Under the pieces are notes generated by a model, which worked only from the letters and a program-made list of their open reading frames with translations, was not told the DNA's origin and searched no databases. From Octopus sinensis (lineage: Eukaryota), in assembly GCF_006345805.1 (NCBI RefSeq), contig NC_043008.1:53692001-53756000 (forward strand): DNA of 64,000 bases. The letters are read 5' to 3'. Position 1 is the stretch's first letter. Each line of letters opens with the position of its first letter. This document shows, piece after piece, positions 10,739 through 25,061 of this stretch. A program made the position numbers and the translations under genes.

Positions 10739-10745
<7 letters not shown>

Positions 10746-11041
10746 ATCACGTGACCGACCAGACCATCAGATGTTGTTACACACCGCTGGTCACAATGCG
10801 TTCGCATTGTTTCAGCTTTTGAATGACGCCACCCCGCTGGCCAAGCGAGCAGGCCAACAGAAGGAAGAGTGGAAGAAAGAGTGGTGAAAGAGTACAGTAG
10901 GGATCACCACCTCCTGCCGGAGCCTCGTGGAGCTTTTAAGTGTTTTCGCTCAATAAACATTCACAACGCCGGGTCTGGTACTCGAAACCGCGATCCTACG
11001 ACCGCGAGTCCGCTGTCCTAACCACTGGACAATTTCGCCTC

Positions 11042-11042
<1 letters not shown>
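10739..11042 (-). mobile_element. tRNA-derived SINE, family B (full length)
   Basis: Reverse complement of the 41646-41951 copy; tRNA-like head and GTCACGTGATCACGTGA tail. Confidence 0.88.
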
Positions 11043-11086
<44 letters not shown>

Positions 11087-11089
<3 letters not shown>

Positions 11090-12428
11090 TGTGAATATAC
11101 ATGTTTGATTATACGTATCCTTGTATTTGTCGCCACACTGCTTAACAAGACATGTTGCTTTATTTACGTCCCCGTCACTTAGCGGTTCTACGGTTAGAAT
11201 AAGTACCAAACTTTAAACAATAAAAACTATTACTGGCTTCGTTTTATTCGTGTAAACCTTCCGGATCTAGCATGACTGCAGTGTAGTTATTTTAACGGGC
11301 AAAAGAATGCAGGAGTAAAAGTGTAATAGAATATCTATTGCAAGAACTCAAAAATCTTTAGCAACAATAAAAAGAGAATTAATAGAAATAGGCACAACAC
11401 TGAAACCAATGAATGAAGGCCGATACCTTCCTAATCTTGATGTCATAAATGCGGCCCCTTTTCAGTTTCCAGCCGTGTATCCCAAATATTGTTACAAAGA
11501 CTCTCACTGCAAATGCAAGACTATATTGGTCAGGGACAGCTCAAACTTATCTACCTTTCTTCTTTATTGCCCACAAGGGGCTAAATATAGAGGGGACAAA
11601 CTAGGACAGACAAACGGATTAAGTCGGTTACATCGACCCCAGTGCGTAACTGGTACTTAATGTATCGACCCCAAACGGACGAAAGGCAAAGTCTGCCTTG
11701 CGGAATTTGAACTCAGAACGTAACGGCAGACGAAATCCCTATTTCTTTACTACCCACAAGGGGCTAAACACAGAGGGGACAGACAAACAGATTAACTCGA
11801 TTACATCAACCCCAGTGCTTAACTGGTACTTATTTAATCGACCCCGAAAGAATGAAAGGCAAAGTTGACCTCGGCGGTATTTGAACTCAGAACGCAGCGG
11901 CAGACGAAATACTGCGTAGCATTTCGTCTGGCGTGCTAACGATTCTGCTAAGCTCGCCGCCTTTATCTACCTATGTTTGCTGGAATATTCCTTTATCGCT
12001 CATGATTTACCTGCTGTATCAACAAACGCTTCATTCTACTCAATATTTACACATTTTTATCATTTATTAATGTCTTTTATAGTTATCTTCTCACATTGTT
12101 AATAATCTTTTCTCGATTGACTCCCAAGATATCGACCCTTTTCATGGCCAAATTTCATTCTGTGACAATGCCCTAGTCTTAATTAGTATTCGGAATATTG
12201 TCGGAAAGCAGTTTAAGGGAATCGACAAAAGAGTGTGTTTGGCATTAATTTTTCTCTCCTGTGTAAATCATAAACAGGCTTCTTATTATTATATCCCTCG
12301 AAGGTTCATTAAAGACAAACGGTCAAATGTGGAAAATTCAAGTCGATAACGTAATTTTTGTGTGAGTGGCCGTGAGTTTGTGTATGTATGTATGTACGTA
12401 GTATGTACGTATGTATGTATGTACGTAC

Positions 12429-12465
<37 letters not shown>

Positions 12466-13826
12466 TGTGAATATACATGTTTGATTATACGTATCCTTGT
12501 ATTTGTCGCCACACTGCTTAACAAGACATGTTGCTTTATTTACGTCCCCGTCACTTAGCGGTTCTACGGTTAGAATAAGTACCAAACTTTAAACAATAAA
12601 AACTATTACTGGCTTCGTTTTATTCGTGTAAACCTTCCGGATCTAGCATGACTGCAGTGTAGTTATTTTAACGGGCAAAAGAATGCAGGAGTAAAAGTGT
12701 AATAGAATATCTATTGCAAGAACTCAAAAATCTTTAGCAACAATAAAAAGAGAATTAATAGAAATAGGCACAACACTGAAACCAATGAATGAAGGCCGAT
12801 ACCTTCCTAATCTTGATGTCATAAATGCGGCCCCTTTTCAGTTTCCAGCCGTGTATCCCAAATATTGTTACAAAGACTCTCACTGCAAATGCAAGACTAT
12901 ATTGGTCAGGGACAGCTCAAACTTATCTACCTTTCTTCTTTATTGCCCACAAGGGGCTAAATATAGAGGGGACAAACTAGGACAGACAAACGGATTAAGT
13001 CGGTGACATCGACCCCAGTGCGTAACTGGTACTTAATGTATCGACCCCAAACGGACGAAAGGCAAGTCTGCCTTGCGGAATTTGAACTCAGAACGTAACG
13101 GCAGACGAAATCCCTATTTCTTTACTACCCACAGGGGCTAAACACAGAGGGGACAGACAAACAGATTAACTCGATTACATCAACCCCAGTGCTTAACTGG
13201 TACTTATTTAATCGACCCCGAAAGAATGAAAGGCAAAGTTGACCTCGGCGGTATTTGAACTCAGAACGCAGCGGCAGACGAAATACTGCTTAGCATTTCG
13301 TCTGGCGTGCTAACGATTCTGCTAAGCTCGCCGCCTTTATCTACCTATGTTTGCTGGAATATTCCTTTATCGCTCATGATTTACCTGCTGTATCAACAAA
13401 CGCTTCATTCTACTCAATATTTACACATTTTTATCATTTATTAATGTCTTTTATAGTTATCTTCCTCACATTGTTAATAATCTTTTCTCGATTGACTCCC
13501 AAGATATCGACCCTTTTCATGGCCAAATTTCATTCTGTGACAATGCCCTAGTCTTAATTAGTATTCGGAATATTGTCGGAAAGCAGTTTAAGGGAATCGA
13601 CAAAAGAGTGTGTTTGGCATTAATTTTTCTCTCCTGTGTAAATCATAAACAGGCTTCTTATTATTATATCCCTCGAAGGTTCATTAAAGACAAACGGTCA
13701 AATGTGGAAAATTCAAGTCGATAACGTAATTTTTGTGTGAGTGGCCGTGAGTTTGTGTATGTATGTATGTACGTAGTATGTACGTATGTATGTATGTACG
13801 TACGTACATATATATATATATATATA
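11087..13826. repeat. 1376-bp tandem duplication bounded by (TA)n tracts
   Basis: GCATGTGAATATAC at 11087 and 12463; the copies differ at only a few positions. Confidence 0.95.
11557..11962 (-). mobile_element. SINE family A with internal duplication and 10-bp TSD (duplicated at ~12933-13337)
   Basis: TSD TTATCTACCT at 11547-11556 and 11963-11972. Confidence 0.85.
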
Positions 13827-14079
13827 CGTAGTGATTTTATTGCGGCCAAACTGAAGTACCACCTTCAAAGAAACAAAACAATACCAAAATTATTCCAATG
13901 CTAGGTTCTGATTTCAAAATCAACCGAGGTGGATTTTCCCCTTCATCCTTTCGCGATAGATAAAATAGGTACCAGTTGAATACTGGGGTCGATAAAATCG
14001 TCTGTCCCCCTCCCCCGAATTTGCTGATTATGGGTCAAAATTATTATTATTATTATTATTATTATTATTTTATTATTAT

Positions 14080-14124
<45 letters not shown>

Positions 14125-14199
14125 AGTTGTGCTTTAACACCAAAGACGTGTCTTGATGCAGGTCCTGTTAAACGTGTTTTAATATTTGCTTTCTCTGAC

Positions 14200-14495
14200 G
14201 CAATCTCGACTTCTTGTATTAACACTGTATCGTTCGGAGATCAATGAAGAGTCGAAGAGAATAATTGTTATACAGCTTTTCTAGTTTAGTCTGAACCATT
14301 TGGATATTTGATCTTTTCCTCTTTTGCTCCGCTCTATACGCCACTACAGAGACGTAGCTTAGTCATCAAAATATTGCTAAATGTTTCAGTGTCCTTGAAA
14401 ATATAGCATTATGAAGAATCTTGGAGATCAAATGGCGTGATTTTGTGAGAAATTAAGTGATTCGAGACACAATGAAAGAACAATGTATCAAGGAA
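14200..14495 (+). mobile_element. RTE-type LINE RT fragment, decayed
   Basis: SVLENIAL*RILEIKWRDFVRN*VIR resembles the RTE motif FE..CLRRILGI.W.D.V.NEEIR. Confidence 0.5.
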
Positions 14496-15199
14496 TCAAG
14501 TTGTTTCTGAGTTAGGTACAAGGTCGACAATTCTGTGGAGAGAGGATTATTCGAGGCCATTGAACCTAGTACTTAAGTACTGTAATTCATCGGCCCTGGA
14601 GGGATGAAAGGCAAAGTTGACCACGGCAGAATGTGAATTCAGAATCTAAAGACCCAGAACGAATACCAGAAAACAATTATCCTGACCTACCAGCTCGCAG
14701 CCACAACAATTTAAGAAATAATCATTTCAAATGTTTGCACAAGGTCAATAAATTTAAAGAAGCGTCATAGTCAATTACGTTGATCCAGTAATTAACGGGT
14801 ATCTATTTTATCGAGACAGGATGGATGTAAGGAAAATTCAACCTCACAGGAATTTCAAGATAGAACCCCGAACAACAAGACAAAATACCGTTAGACATTT
14901 TATGAGACATGTTAAAGACTCAGCCAGCTCGCCGGCTTCTAAATGAAGAAATAATGGTGAGTAGATAGCGATGGTTGGTATACGTGCTTCTGCTGCTTTA
15001 GCCTGAAAACCGGATAATACGCCAAATATTGAAATAGACAGTCTAAGGTAACAGTCCTACTGTGCATCACCCTGGGTAAGCATCTTCTAGTATACTCTCG
15101 AATGAATCAATTACATGGACGAAAACTCTAGGAAAACATGACGTACATGTGTGTGTGTGTTTTGTATCTGAGAGTTTTTGTACTTTTATGTGTCATTAA

Positions 15200-15233
<34 letters not shown>

Positions 15234-15649
15234 TTATTTTTTTACTGCTTAACAGACAACGTTTGTTTGTTTCCGCCAGACTGTCCTTATTATAAATTTC
15301 ACTGATGACTTCTCTCCATTTATCCTTTCTTTCTTTCTTCTATTTCTTCCTTTTCTTGCAGGTAGCCATAAATTATCAGTAACAATATCCATATAGCTAA
15401 CACTGTTGGCCTTGTGCCAATAGTGACTTCAAGCGGCTTCAAACAAAGATGCATTTCAAAATGCCGCCCCAGAATTCCGTATTAGCTTTGGTAAATCTCC
15501 AATTTCTTTTCTTCAGTTTCTTATAGATACACCCATACATACACCAGAGACACAGAAACACACACACACACACACACATTGTGTAGTCAGTGTTCGCTAA
15601 AGTACATTTCTTTTTCAAAAATTATTAGAATCTAGATAGAAATTTAGTG

Positions 15650-15985
15650 TTTCAGCCTCATTTCGAACTGATGACCATTCTGCTCCATGCATTGCTGAGA
15701 ACTGGAAGCAATGGAATCGCAAACATTCGATAACATTTCGTTCAGTAATTCTATGTATTGTCGTTCAATGGCTGCCATCAGTTCTTCAATTTTTGTCGGT
15801 TTTGCACCAGAAACGCCATCTTTTAAGATTCTCAGAAAATAGTGTTAATCGTGTGATGTTTAATCAACGCGAAGGCAATCTATAAACCTTTTTCCTGCAA
15901 TCCTCCTGTTTGGCAAAATCTCATCAAGGTAGGCCCTTACAATACTAAAATTATGTTGGTATACAGGAGCACCCTCTGCACAAAG
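15650..15985 (-). pseudogene. Tc1/mariner-superfamily transposase C-terminus (DD41D/rosa-like), decayed
   Basis: EGAPV..VRAYLDEILPNRRIAG..YFLRILKDGV..KPTKIEELMAAIER..MLSNVCDSI..QCMEQNGHQFE. Confidence 0.75.
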
Positions 15986-16875
15986 GTGTTTACCCTAAAC
16001 CGTAGTTCTAGGGCGTATAGAAGACGATGTTCAGCGCTACCTGGTTGGAACACGAAAAGTAAAAGGATATTATTAAATAGCGCTACGTACTTTGTACAAA
16101 ACTATCCCTGGATTATCCAGCTTCACTCCCCAGCACATAAAAACCATCACCTCCACTATCTCCACCCCCACCACCACCACCACATTAATATTTATGGTAT
16201 TATGCCAAAGTTAGATATTGAAATTACTTTTCTATATGGAAGCTGCCGATTGAAAATCCAATTAAAAATCATTATTGAAAATCACTTTAGCAACGCATGA
16301 GATATTCCTACAGTAATTAAACATCCCTTGGTATTACATATAATAAGCATTCTGTATGTGATACACATTACTTGCTACTCTCTGAGCTGTAAGCTAAATA
16401 AAGGATTCATTAATGAGATAGCATTATCGAAAGAATATATTTGCATATATTATCTGTTAAACAATTAGATACAACCATACACGAAATAAAAGAAAAGGGA
16501 CATGCAAACTTCTAGATGTTCTCTAAATTTTTCAGTTTTTTATATATATATATCACAAGTGACGAAGTATTCAATAGAATAAATGAGCGTAAAGATAAAA
16601 TGTAATAATACAAAAAATAAAACTCTCGGTTCGGTATTAAAAGAATGTTCTCTAAACGTGTGATGCGAAATGATAAAGCTGTAATAGGTGTGTGTATCGT
16701 CACAGTTGCAGCATAATTGATAGACAGATAGATATCAATAGTGTTACTGTGACAGACTTGAAACTGTTTTGTTGTTGTTGTTTTACGATTGCGTACTTTG
16801 ATATGCTCGGCGAGAAATCACATGCATACTTATATGCACATACATGCTTAAATAAATATATTACATACAGCTATT

Positions 16876-16953
<78 letters not shown>

Positions 16954-17184
16954 ACATATATATATACATATATATATACATATATATACATATATATATA
17001 TATGTATATATATATGTATGTATGTATATATATATATGCATACATTCATACACACATGCACACACAAACACACGTATATTACACCGGAAATAATGTGTTA
17101 ATCAGCTTTAGCAGGACAAAACAGGAAGGAATCAGCATGCGCAAAAATTGAATTATATCATTTATATGTATGTATGTATGTCTG

Positions 17185-17880
17185 TATCTGTACTGTCTAT
17201 GTCCAGTCTACACTTGACCATTGTATGGTCAGTGTAAGTTACTTGGACCAGCTGTGGACACCTAAAACTAGGCTTATCTCTAGTTCTTATCGCTATCCTA
17301 TCTAAGTGAGACTTAAAGCTTCCGTCGCCGCTAATCCAGGTCCACTCTGGGTCGCTCGGATGGTTAAGTCTGTAGCGATCCGCTAGCTGAACACGCTTAA
17401 GCAGATCTATGAGACCTGAGTTCACTTTCCTATAGATCGAGCCAACGCTATCGATGCGTGCGTCAACAATAGCGTTACAGTCTCCTAACACCACTAATGT
17501 CTTCGACGACACGAGAAAGTTCTCTAGGCGCCGATAAAAACAAGTTTGGAGTCCTCTAGCACAAAGTGCATAGATTCCGATCAACCTGGAGGCTTTACTG
17601 CTGTATGTCACACCAAAGACGACCAGCCCACCTTCATGGTCTACATAGACCAACTCTTCCGGACCAGTACTACTACATCTCCTCTCCCTCTGGTCTGGCT
17701 AAGAGACATGATTTTCTCATAGTCATTCGGGAGAGGCGAGAAAGCTTTAGACTGTCCAGCTTGGTCTCTGTAGCAACGATCACATGTATATCGTGTGATC
17801 TGAAGTCGTCGAGGAAACGAGCTTGCTTCCACTTCGAGCTCAGACCACCCACATTCAAACACCCAAAATAGCCAAAACAA
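17185..17880 (-). pseudogene. Apurinic-like endonuclease domain of LINE ORF2 (frameshifted)
   Basis: CLNVGGL..DIHVIVATETKL..IYA..VVLGDCNAIVD..DRYRL.HP...WTW...SHLDRI..TDHTMV are the APE motifs (N, E, GDFN, DR, SDH). Confidence 0.88.
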
Positions 17881-17900
17881 GCAAAAACATTCAAGGGTTC

Positions 17901-18876
17901 TACTTACACTTCACTGGTGATGTTGGGGCTGACCTCACAACACATGAGGCAGCCCTTTCCTCCTCCACCTTCTTCAAATATCTTGGAAGGTCCGGGATGC
18001 TCCTGATGGTCTTCGGATGTCTATCCTTCAGTTGCCTGTAAAGACCTTCCCCTATCCAGGCACATCTTTCTCTTAAGTCCTTGTGCTGTTCAAACAGCGT
18101 GGTGGTGTGGCATCCTCAATATATTTGTTTCCGGTGTCATATTTTACCAGGGTTTTCTGTTCGTTATCTTTCGTTTTTTCCTTTTTTTTTCTCTCTGGGA
18201 CAATGGGACGGATTCGTTTCTTTTTTTGTGGTGTGGTGCTTCTTTTTTCGTTTTCTTTTGTGAGGGATGTGGATAGGGAAGGTGCATATGTTCGTTTCCG
18301 AACTGTGAACTTCCCCTCAACCACCTCCATGTTGTCGTCCGGACGAGTTACATGTTCTGATGCCACTTTAGAGGGGGAGGGTGTTTTTGACGTTGTTGGA
18401 ACTGGTGTAAGCATGGTCTGGAGGGTTTTGGGTGTCGTATTTGGAGGCACCAACTCCTTCGTTTTCAGGGGACTCACTGAGTGCTCTAGCGCTTTTATTT
18501 CTGTTTGAAATCTGGCCTCTACTGTGCCATAAGTAGGGCCCCTTGCTATATACTTTATGTCGTCCCATATGGGAGCCAGACATTTTTCAATTTTGCACTG
18601 CTCAAAGTGCTTAAATTTCTTTGTTGAAGGACAATATGTTTGGAAAACAATTGTCCTTCTTTTCAATTTTTCAACACTAGGTGAGGGTGACTTTTTTATA
18701 TCACCCCAACCTCTTCTTTCAATTTTTTCAAAAATCTCGGAGAGCTTTTCCTTTGGTAGTTCGACGTTTTCAGTAACCACCACGGTAACTGCTGAGAAAT
18801 TTCTTAACTGTTCCAGTGAATTTTTCTCTGAAATTATTTCGACCGACATATTCGTTCGAAACAAATTTATACACAA
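17901..18876 (-). pseudogene. LINE ORF1-like protein (267-aa ORF 18073-18876 plus frameshifted tail)
   Basis: Longest complex ORF in the window, basic with a Pro/Thr-rich stretch, lying directly upstream of the endonuclease on the same strand. Confidence 0.65.
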
Positions 18877-18880
18877 TTTA

Positions 18881-19180
18881 ATCCCAGAAAATGGGAAACC
18901 TATAATTTTTTACTTTTTTTTTTCTCTGAACGAGGACAACAGTTCAAATCCCACCCCCGCTGTGGGGACAGACGTAGCAATAAAGACAACAACGTTCGAA
19001 ATTAAATTTTTAACACAATAATAAAAATACAGTATCCCAAAAAACGGGAAACCTATAATATATTAATATAATTTTTCCTCACAACGAGGACAACAGTTCA
19101 AATCTCACCCCCGCTAGGGGCAGGTGCCACAATAGAGCCTACAACGGCTAAAATTTTATTTTTCACACAATAGACATAAT
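18881..19180. repeat. Two ~153-bp monomers in the LINE 5' UTR
   Basis: ATCCCA.AAAA.GGGAAACCTATAAT..AACGAGGACAACAGTTCAAATC.CACCCCCGCT at 18881 and 19034. Confidence 0.8.
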
Positions 19181-19393
19181 TATAACAAGGGCTTGGCTTG
19201 CGCCTCATCACGCACTGAAAAATAGACGTCAAAAGACACTATTATCACCATAGATTCCCCGAGAAAATTATATATATAATTATGTATATAATTATAAAAT
19301 ATTGATATTAATTTACCTACGAGCTTTTATTTCTGCGCTGACCACTTGGTAAAAAACATTTATGATTTTACCCTTTATGATATATATATATAT

Positions 19394-19671
19394 TGTTGTA
19401 TTTAGGAATGGTCATTCTGCCAGTTTAGCCAATAAGAACACACGCACTATATATTTGGTGTTACTTTGCTTCAGCGTTATTTATTTTTTACATTAATTTT
19501 AATCTTATTTTTATTCTGGAAATAAGAAGTTGAAGGCTACCCGTGTGACTCGAATAAGATTAAGATTAATGTAAAAAAAAAAAAATAACACTGAATCAAA
19601 GTAACACCAAATATATAGTGCGTGTGTTCTTATTGGCTAAACTGGCAAAATGACCATTCCTAAATACAACA
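19394..19671. mobile_element. Foldback element with ~118-bp inverted arms, TGTTG...CAACA ends and ATAT flanks
   Basis: 19394-19510 is the reverse complement of ~19554-19671; ATAT at 19390-19393 and 19672-19675. Confidence 0.8.
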
Positions 19672-19728
19672 ATATCTGTTTCAACACACGATTTCACATC
19701 AAAATTCTTGCAAAACAAATATATAAAA

Positions 19729-19765
<37 letters not shown>

Positions 19766-19767
<2 letters not shown>

Positions 19768-19974
19768 TAATCCAAAGAAGAAAGCACAAAAAAACACAAC
19801 AACGCGATGACGTGGAACAAATATAGTATTACTGGACGCTCAGGAAAGAAGGAAAGAAGTAGGGTTTAACGTTTCGAGCGGAGCTCTTCGTCGGAAACAG
19901 GAGAAGGAAAGATCCAGAGAAGGGAAGACAGAGGTAAAAAAATCGCCAACGGTACACAGGCGGTCACATTTTGA
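19766..19974 (-). mobile_element. Penelope-like terminal (pLTR-like) fragment with a minimal hammerhead at 19864-19898
   Basis: Minus strand GTTT-CCGACGA-A-GAGC tcc GCTC-GAAA-CGTT-AAAC; homologous copy at ~56290-56495. Confidence 0.6.
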
Positions 19975-21539
19975 ATATATATATATATAGCGATATATAT
20001 ATATAGTGAGAAAGAGAGGGGGACAAAGTGAAAGTGGGACAGAGGAGAGAGAAAAAGAGGGAATGATTGTGAGAGATACTGCTAATGTCATAAGAAATTA
20101 AAATTCTGAAAGATTGATTTGGTCCAATGATAGAACGTCTCTCATGTTCACAGCAGATATGGATTCGAGTCACACGGGCAGCCTTCAACTTCTTATTTCC
20201 AAAATGTTGTTTTGAATTCAATATTTACCGATTCACCGTTCCTGACATAATACACACACATACACACACACACATACACAAACACTCTCTCTCTTACACA
20301 CAAACACACACCCATACATACACACACACACACACGCATACACACGCTCGCATATCAATTGCACTATATATTGATGGCTTCAGTGTGAGATTTAATTTAC
20401 TTCTATGTAAATTTCGTATTCGTATCCATGTCATTGATTTTTAGCTTATTCATATAAAATTTATAGCATTGTACCTACATTAAATGCTTACATCTGGTGC
20501 GTTTATATTGTTAGAAACCAAATCTAATTACATGCTATTGGGTACAATCATCATCATCATCATCGTCATCATCGTAACTATTATTATTATTATTATTATT
20601 ATTTCTTATTTTCCAGAAAATTAGCAACTTACCAAGGAACGAAAATCTGAAATTTTCCTTTTTTTTTCCTTTTTCCGCAGAAATATAGCTTTTAAATGTA
20701 AACATTTCCATAATGTTTTATCCAATAAGCATTTTCTGGTGTCATATGAAGATCTTTATGGAGAAAATTTGATGATATTTGCGCAGGGTTTATTTTCATA
20801 AATGAATATTAAAACCACTCTCTAAATCAACGCCTCAAGCTAAACATTTATATTTCATTGAAAATAATGAATATCAGATATATCTATTCAAGTGGAAACC
20901 ATTTAGGGATATAAAAATTATTCCAGCCGTCTGAAATATATTCAAGAGTTCTTCAGTTTTGCAGAGTCTGTTTTGGAGTGGAGGATATAGATTAAAACGT
21001 AAATTGAAAAATGAATTATTATAGTTTTTGGGTCGACTAGTGCGAAGAGTCTGGTGGTGGTGATAAAAAGAAGAGATCTTGGGTTAATGTTATAAAGAAT
21101 TTAAATGTCTAAGTGTCTAATTGTACGAGACAAAATTATTGTTATTACTATTATAATTTTTCGGGTAATTAATCTTGTCTTTACGCGATGAAGATTATAT
21201 TTCCAAATACATAGGAAGGCGAATGTTTTTTTTTTCTAAGCCAATATAAAAAACATATTTGGAATCAATACTAATATTTCCGCCTAAATTTTATATGCAA
21301 CTTTATTTACAACCATTCCACATATCACATATACACAAATCGATATCCACATTAATAACTATACCCATATTGGTATCAAATGTTGGCAAGAAGTCAGCGA
21401 TTTTGGCTGGAGTGTTAAGTCGATTACATCGACTCCAGTGCTCAACTGGTACTTACTTCATCGACCCCGAAAGGTGAAAAGCGAAGTTAACCTTGGAATT
21501 ATTTGAACTTCAGACAAAGATTCTTCAATGCCGTACCCT

Positions 21540-21985
<446 letters not shown>

Positions 21986-22144
21986 ATCTTCAATAAATAA
22001 CATATTTACATTTCTACCAAACAAGGCAAAGATGAGATTCCAGCGGAATTTGAACTCAGAACGTAGCGACGGTCGAAACACTGCGAAGCATTTCGCCTGG
22101 CGTACTACCGAATCTGCCTGCTCGCCACCTTAGTTAAATTAATA

Positions 22145-22357
22145 TTATCCTTTCTACTAAAGACAGAAGGTCTGAAATTTAGGGGTAGGGGACTAGTCGA
22201 TCACATCGACCCCAGTACGCAACTGGTACTTAATTTATCGACCTTGAAAGGATGAAAGGAAAAGACGAGATCCCGACGGAATTAGAACTCAGAACGTAGC
22301 GACGGTCGAAATACTACTAAGCAGTATTTCGCCCGGTGTGCTAACGATTCTGCCAGC
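22145..22357 (-). mobile_element. SINE family A (another partial copy lies at ~22020-22130)
   Basis: TCGACCCCAGTACGCAACTGGTACT..GAAAGGATGAAAGG..GAACTCAGAACG..CTGCCAGCT. Confidence 0.8.
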
Positions 22358-22472
22358 TTAGTTAAGTTAACAATTAGAACAAAATCCCTCAGGTATTGTA
22401 TATAGTTCGAATGCGATGCATAAAACGTAGCAGGATGAAATAATTTCTGAGTTCGATGCGATCGACCCGACT

Positions 22473-22473
22473 C

Positions 22474-22504
<31 letters not shown>

Positions 22505-23330
22505 GATGATGTTATCGTCGTTGTTGTTGTCGTCGTCGTCGTCATCGCAGTCGTTGTTGTTGTTTTGGCAGTTGATGTTGTCATTGCTGCTGTTGACATA
22601 AATGATAATGTGGTTGAGAAGGACTAGGCAGAGCATAACCGTAATAAACATGACCACTGTAGGGATCGTCATGAGGATAATACTGATGGTGATATTGGTG
22701 AAGCGTGGTGATGGGATGATAATGATGATTATGATGGTGTTGGTGGTAGTGGCCATTTTCATAATACTGGCGGTGGTATTATTGCTGTTGTAGTTGTTCT
22801 TTTCGATGGTACTAGTGATCATGATCTTGCTTGTGATGTTGATGATGATGACAATGATGATGATGATGAGGGCAATGATGATGATGATGATGATGGCAAT
22901 GATGATGAAGGTGGTGATCGACATAAGGGTGGAAGTGTTACTGATATTATTGTTGTTCATGTTGTTGTTGTTGATGGTTGCGGTGGTGGTGGTGACAACT
23001 TTACTGTTGGTGATGACGGTGATAATGACTATAACAATGTTGATGATGATCGTGATAATGACGTTGAAGACAAAGTAGAAATCATGAGAGAAAAAGATGA
23101 AAGAAGAGGTGTAAAGTAGATGAAATTACGAAGGAAAAAAAACACAAAAGAAAGAACAACGAAACAAATTAAATAAAGGAAGGAATAACAAACAAATGTA
23201 GAATAAAAGGAATTAAAAGCAGTAAAAGAAAAAGAAGAAAATTAGAGAAAAAGAAGTACGAAAGAAGAAAGACACAAATAAGAAATACACAAGAATAATA
23301 ACAGAAAGACAAATTTAAAAATGTATAGAT
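22473..23330. repeat. Low-complexity (GTT/GAT/GGT)n followed by an A-rich purine tract
   Basis: Seen directly. Confidence 0.9.
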
Positions 23331-23649
23331 ATAATCTATTTATGCCATTCGATTGTCGGTTTACCTTTACGTGGCAAAATACCATTTTAGAAACGCTGCA
23401 GTCACCTACGAAGTGTATTCTAATACATCTTTGCTCTTTTCTACTTACTGGTTGAAGGAATTAGGTAAATCCGCTCAGCATCTGTCTGCACGTATGTAAA
23501 CCAGTGAGTTTGGCTGTTCATGCCATTAATGTCGTTTCAGGGCTTCAATTCGAATTAAGCAGATTCCGGCAATGCATCGTAAGAATACAATATGTATATA
23601 TGTGTGTGTCTGCGCGCGTGCATACATAAATACATAGATTATACATATA

Positions 23650-23680
<31 letters not shown>

Positions 23681-23690
23681 CAAACACACA

Positions 23691-23746
<56 letters not shown>

Positions 23747-23873
23747 AATGCATATTGATCAAATCAATATAATACACACGCACACACACATACATACATG
23801 CATACACACGCATATATATATATACATACATATACATACATACTCACATACACAAACACAAACACACACACAC

Positions 23874-23919
<46 letters not shown>

Positions 23920-23923
23920 ACAT

Positions 23924-23961
<38 letters not shown>

Positions 23962-24441
23962 TATTGATCAAATCAATGCTACCAAGACAGCGTCGGAATG
24001 AAAAATAAACAATGACACATAAGAAAACATAAACACCATTTCAGAACTTACTAAACCGTTTTCTCACATTTTCTCTTCATATATATCCGTCACTACTCTG
24101 CCGGACCCTAACATATTCTCTTATTTTTCTTTTCACATGTTCCGGATTTTCCAGGCCGGCCACGCTCAGATGCTGCATTTCTTGACGTTTTCTCTGTGTG
24201 TGTGTTTTTTTTTTTATAAATGTTCGAAGGTTTATAACGCGCACCGCTTCCATATGTTTTATATAGCACTCTTATATTTATTGATTTCTTAGAGAGGGAA
24301 GACGGGGGAAAGGAAAGACGACCGGGAGTGAAATGGCGAGTGTAAGAGGGCGGAACAAAACACCATAAAGCATGTTTGGTTTACGCATAGATTCTGGTAG
24401 TGCACGATTATATATATGTGTATGTATATATATGTATATAT

Positions 24442-24499
<58 letters not shown>

Positions 24500-24584
24500 G
24501 ATGTATATGTATATGTGTGTGTCTCTGTCTCTCTCTATATGTATGCGCATATACATATGCATCTATCTAACTATTATATATATG

Positions 24585-24616
<32 letters not shown>

Positions 24617-24682
24617 CATACATGCATATATATGAAATTGTGTTGCAAAATTCCTGGTGTGGAACAGTCTGTTGAAGCATAT

Positions 24683-25061
24683 TGTTGTATTTCGGGACTG
24701 TCGTTTCCACCCCACCAAATAAACACACGCACTATACATTTGTTCTTCATTCATTTATTACTGCTCTTATTCTAACGCATATCCATTGTCCAGAAATCTT
24801 TTGTCACGCATCTGTGACCTCTTCAGCGACAATGTCCATATCCGGGTGTGCTCCTGCTCCGCTTAGTTCATTCTGCTCGGACTTAGCGGAGCAGGAGCAC
24901 ACACGAGGACGGAAAGTGTCGCTGAAGGGGTAACAGGTACGTGACAAAAAATTGCCGGACAATGGATATGTGTTATAATATGAAAAGTAATAAGTGAGTG
25001 AAGCAAAAAATATATGCGTGTGTTTATTTGGAGTTAAAATTGACCGTCCCGAAAGGCAACA
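24683..25061. mobile_element. Foldback element, ~185-bp imperfect arms, TGTTG...CAACA ends with ATAT flanks
   Basis: Pairs include GTGTGCTCCTGCTCCGCT / AGCGGAGCAGGAGCACAC around a short loop at ~24870-24879, CATATCCATTGTCC / GGACAATGGATATG and CCAAATAAACACACGCA / TGCGTGTGTTTATTTGG. Confidence 0.85.

Larger units (their letters stand above)
17185..19345 (-). mobile_element. 5' part of an L1/Tx1-type LINE (5' UTR, ORF1, APE endonuclease); RT absent
   Basis: An ORF1-like frame is followed by an endonuclease frame, and the element stops at a (TATG)n tract. Confidence 0.8.
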
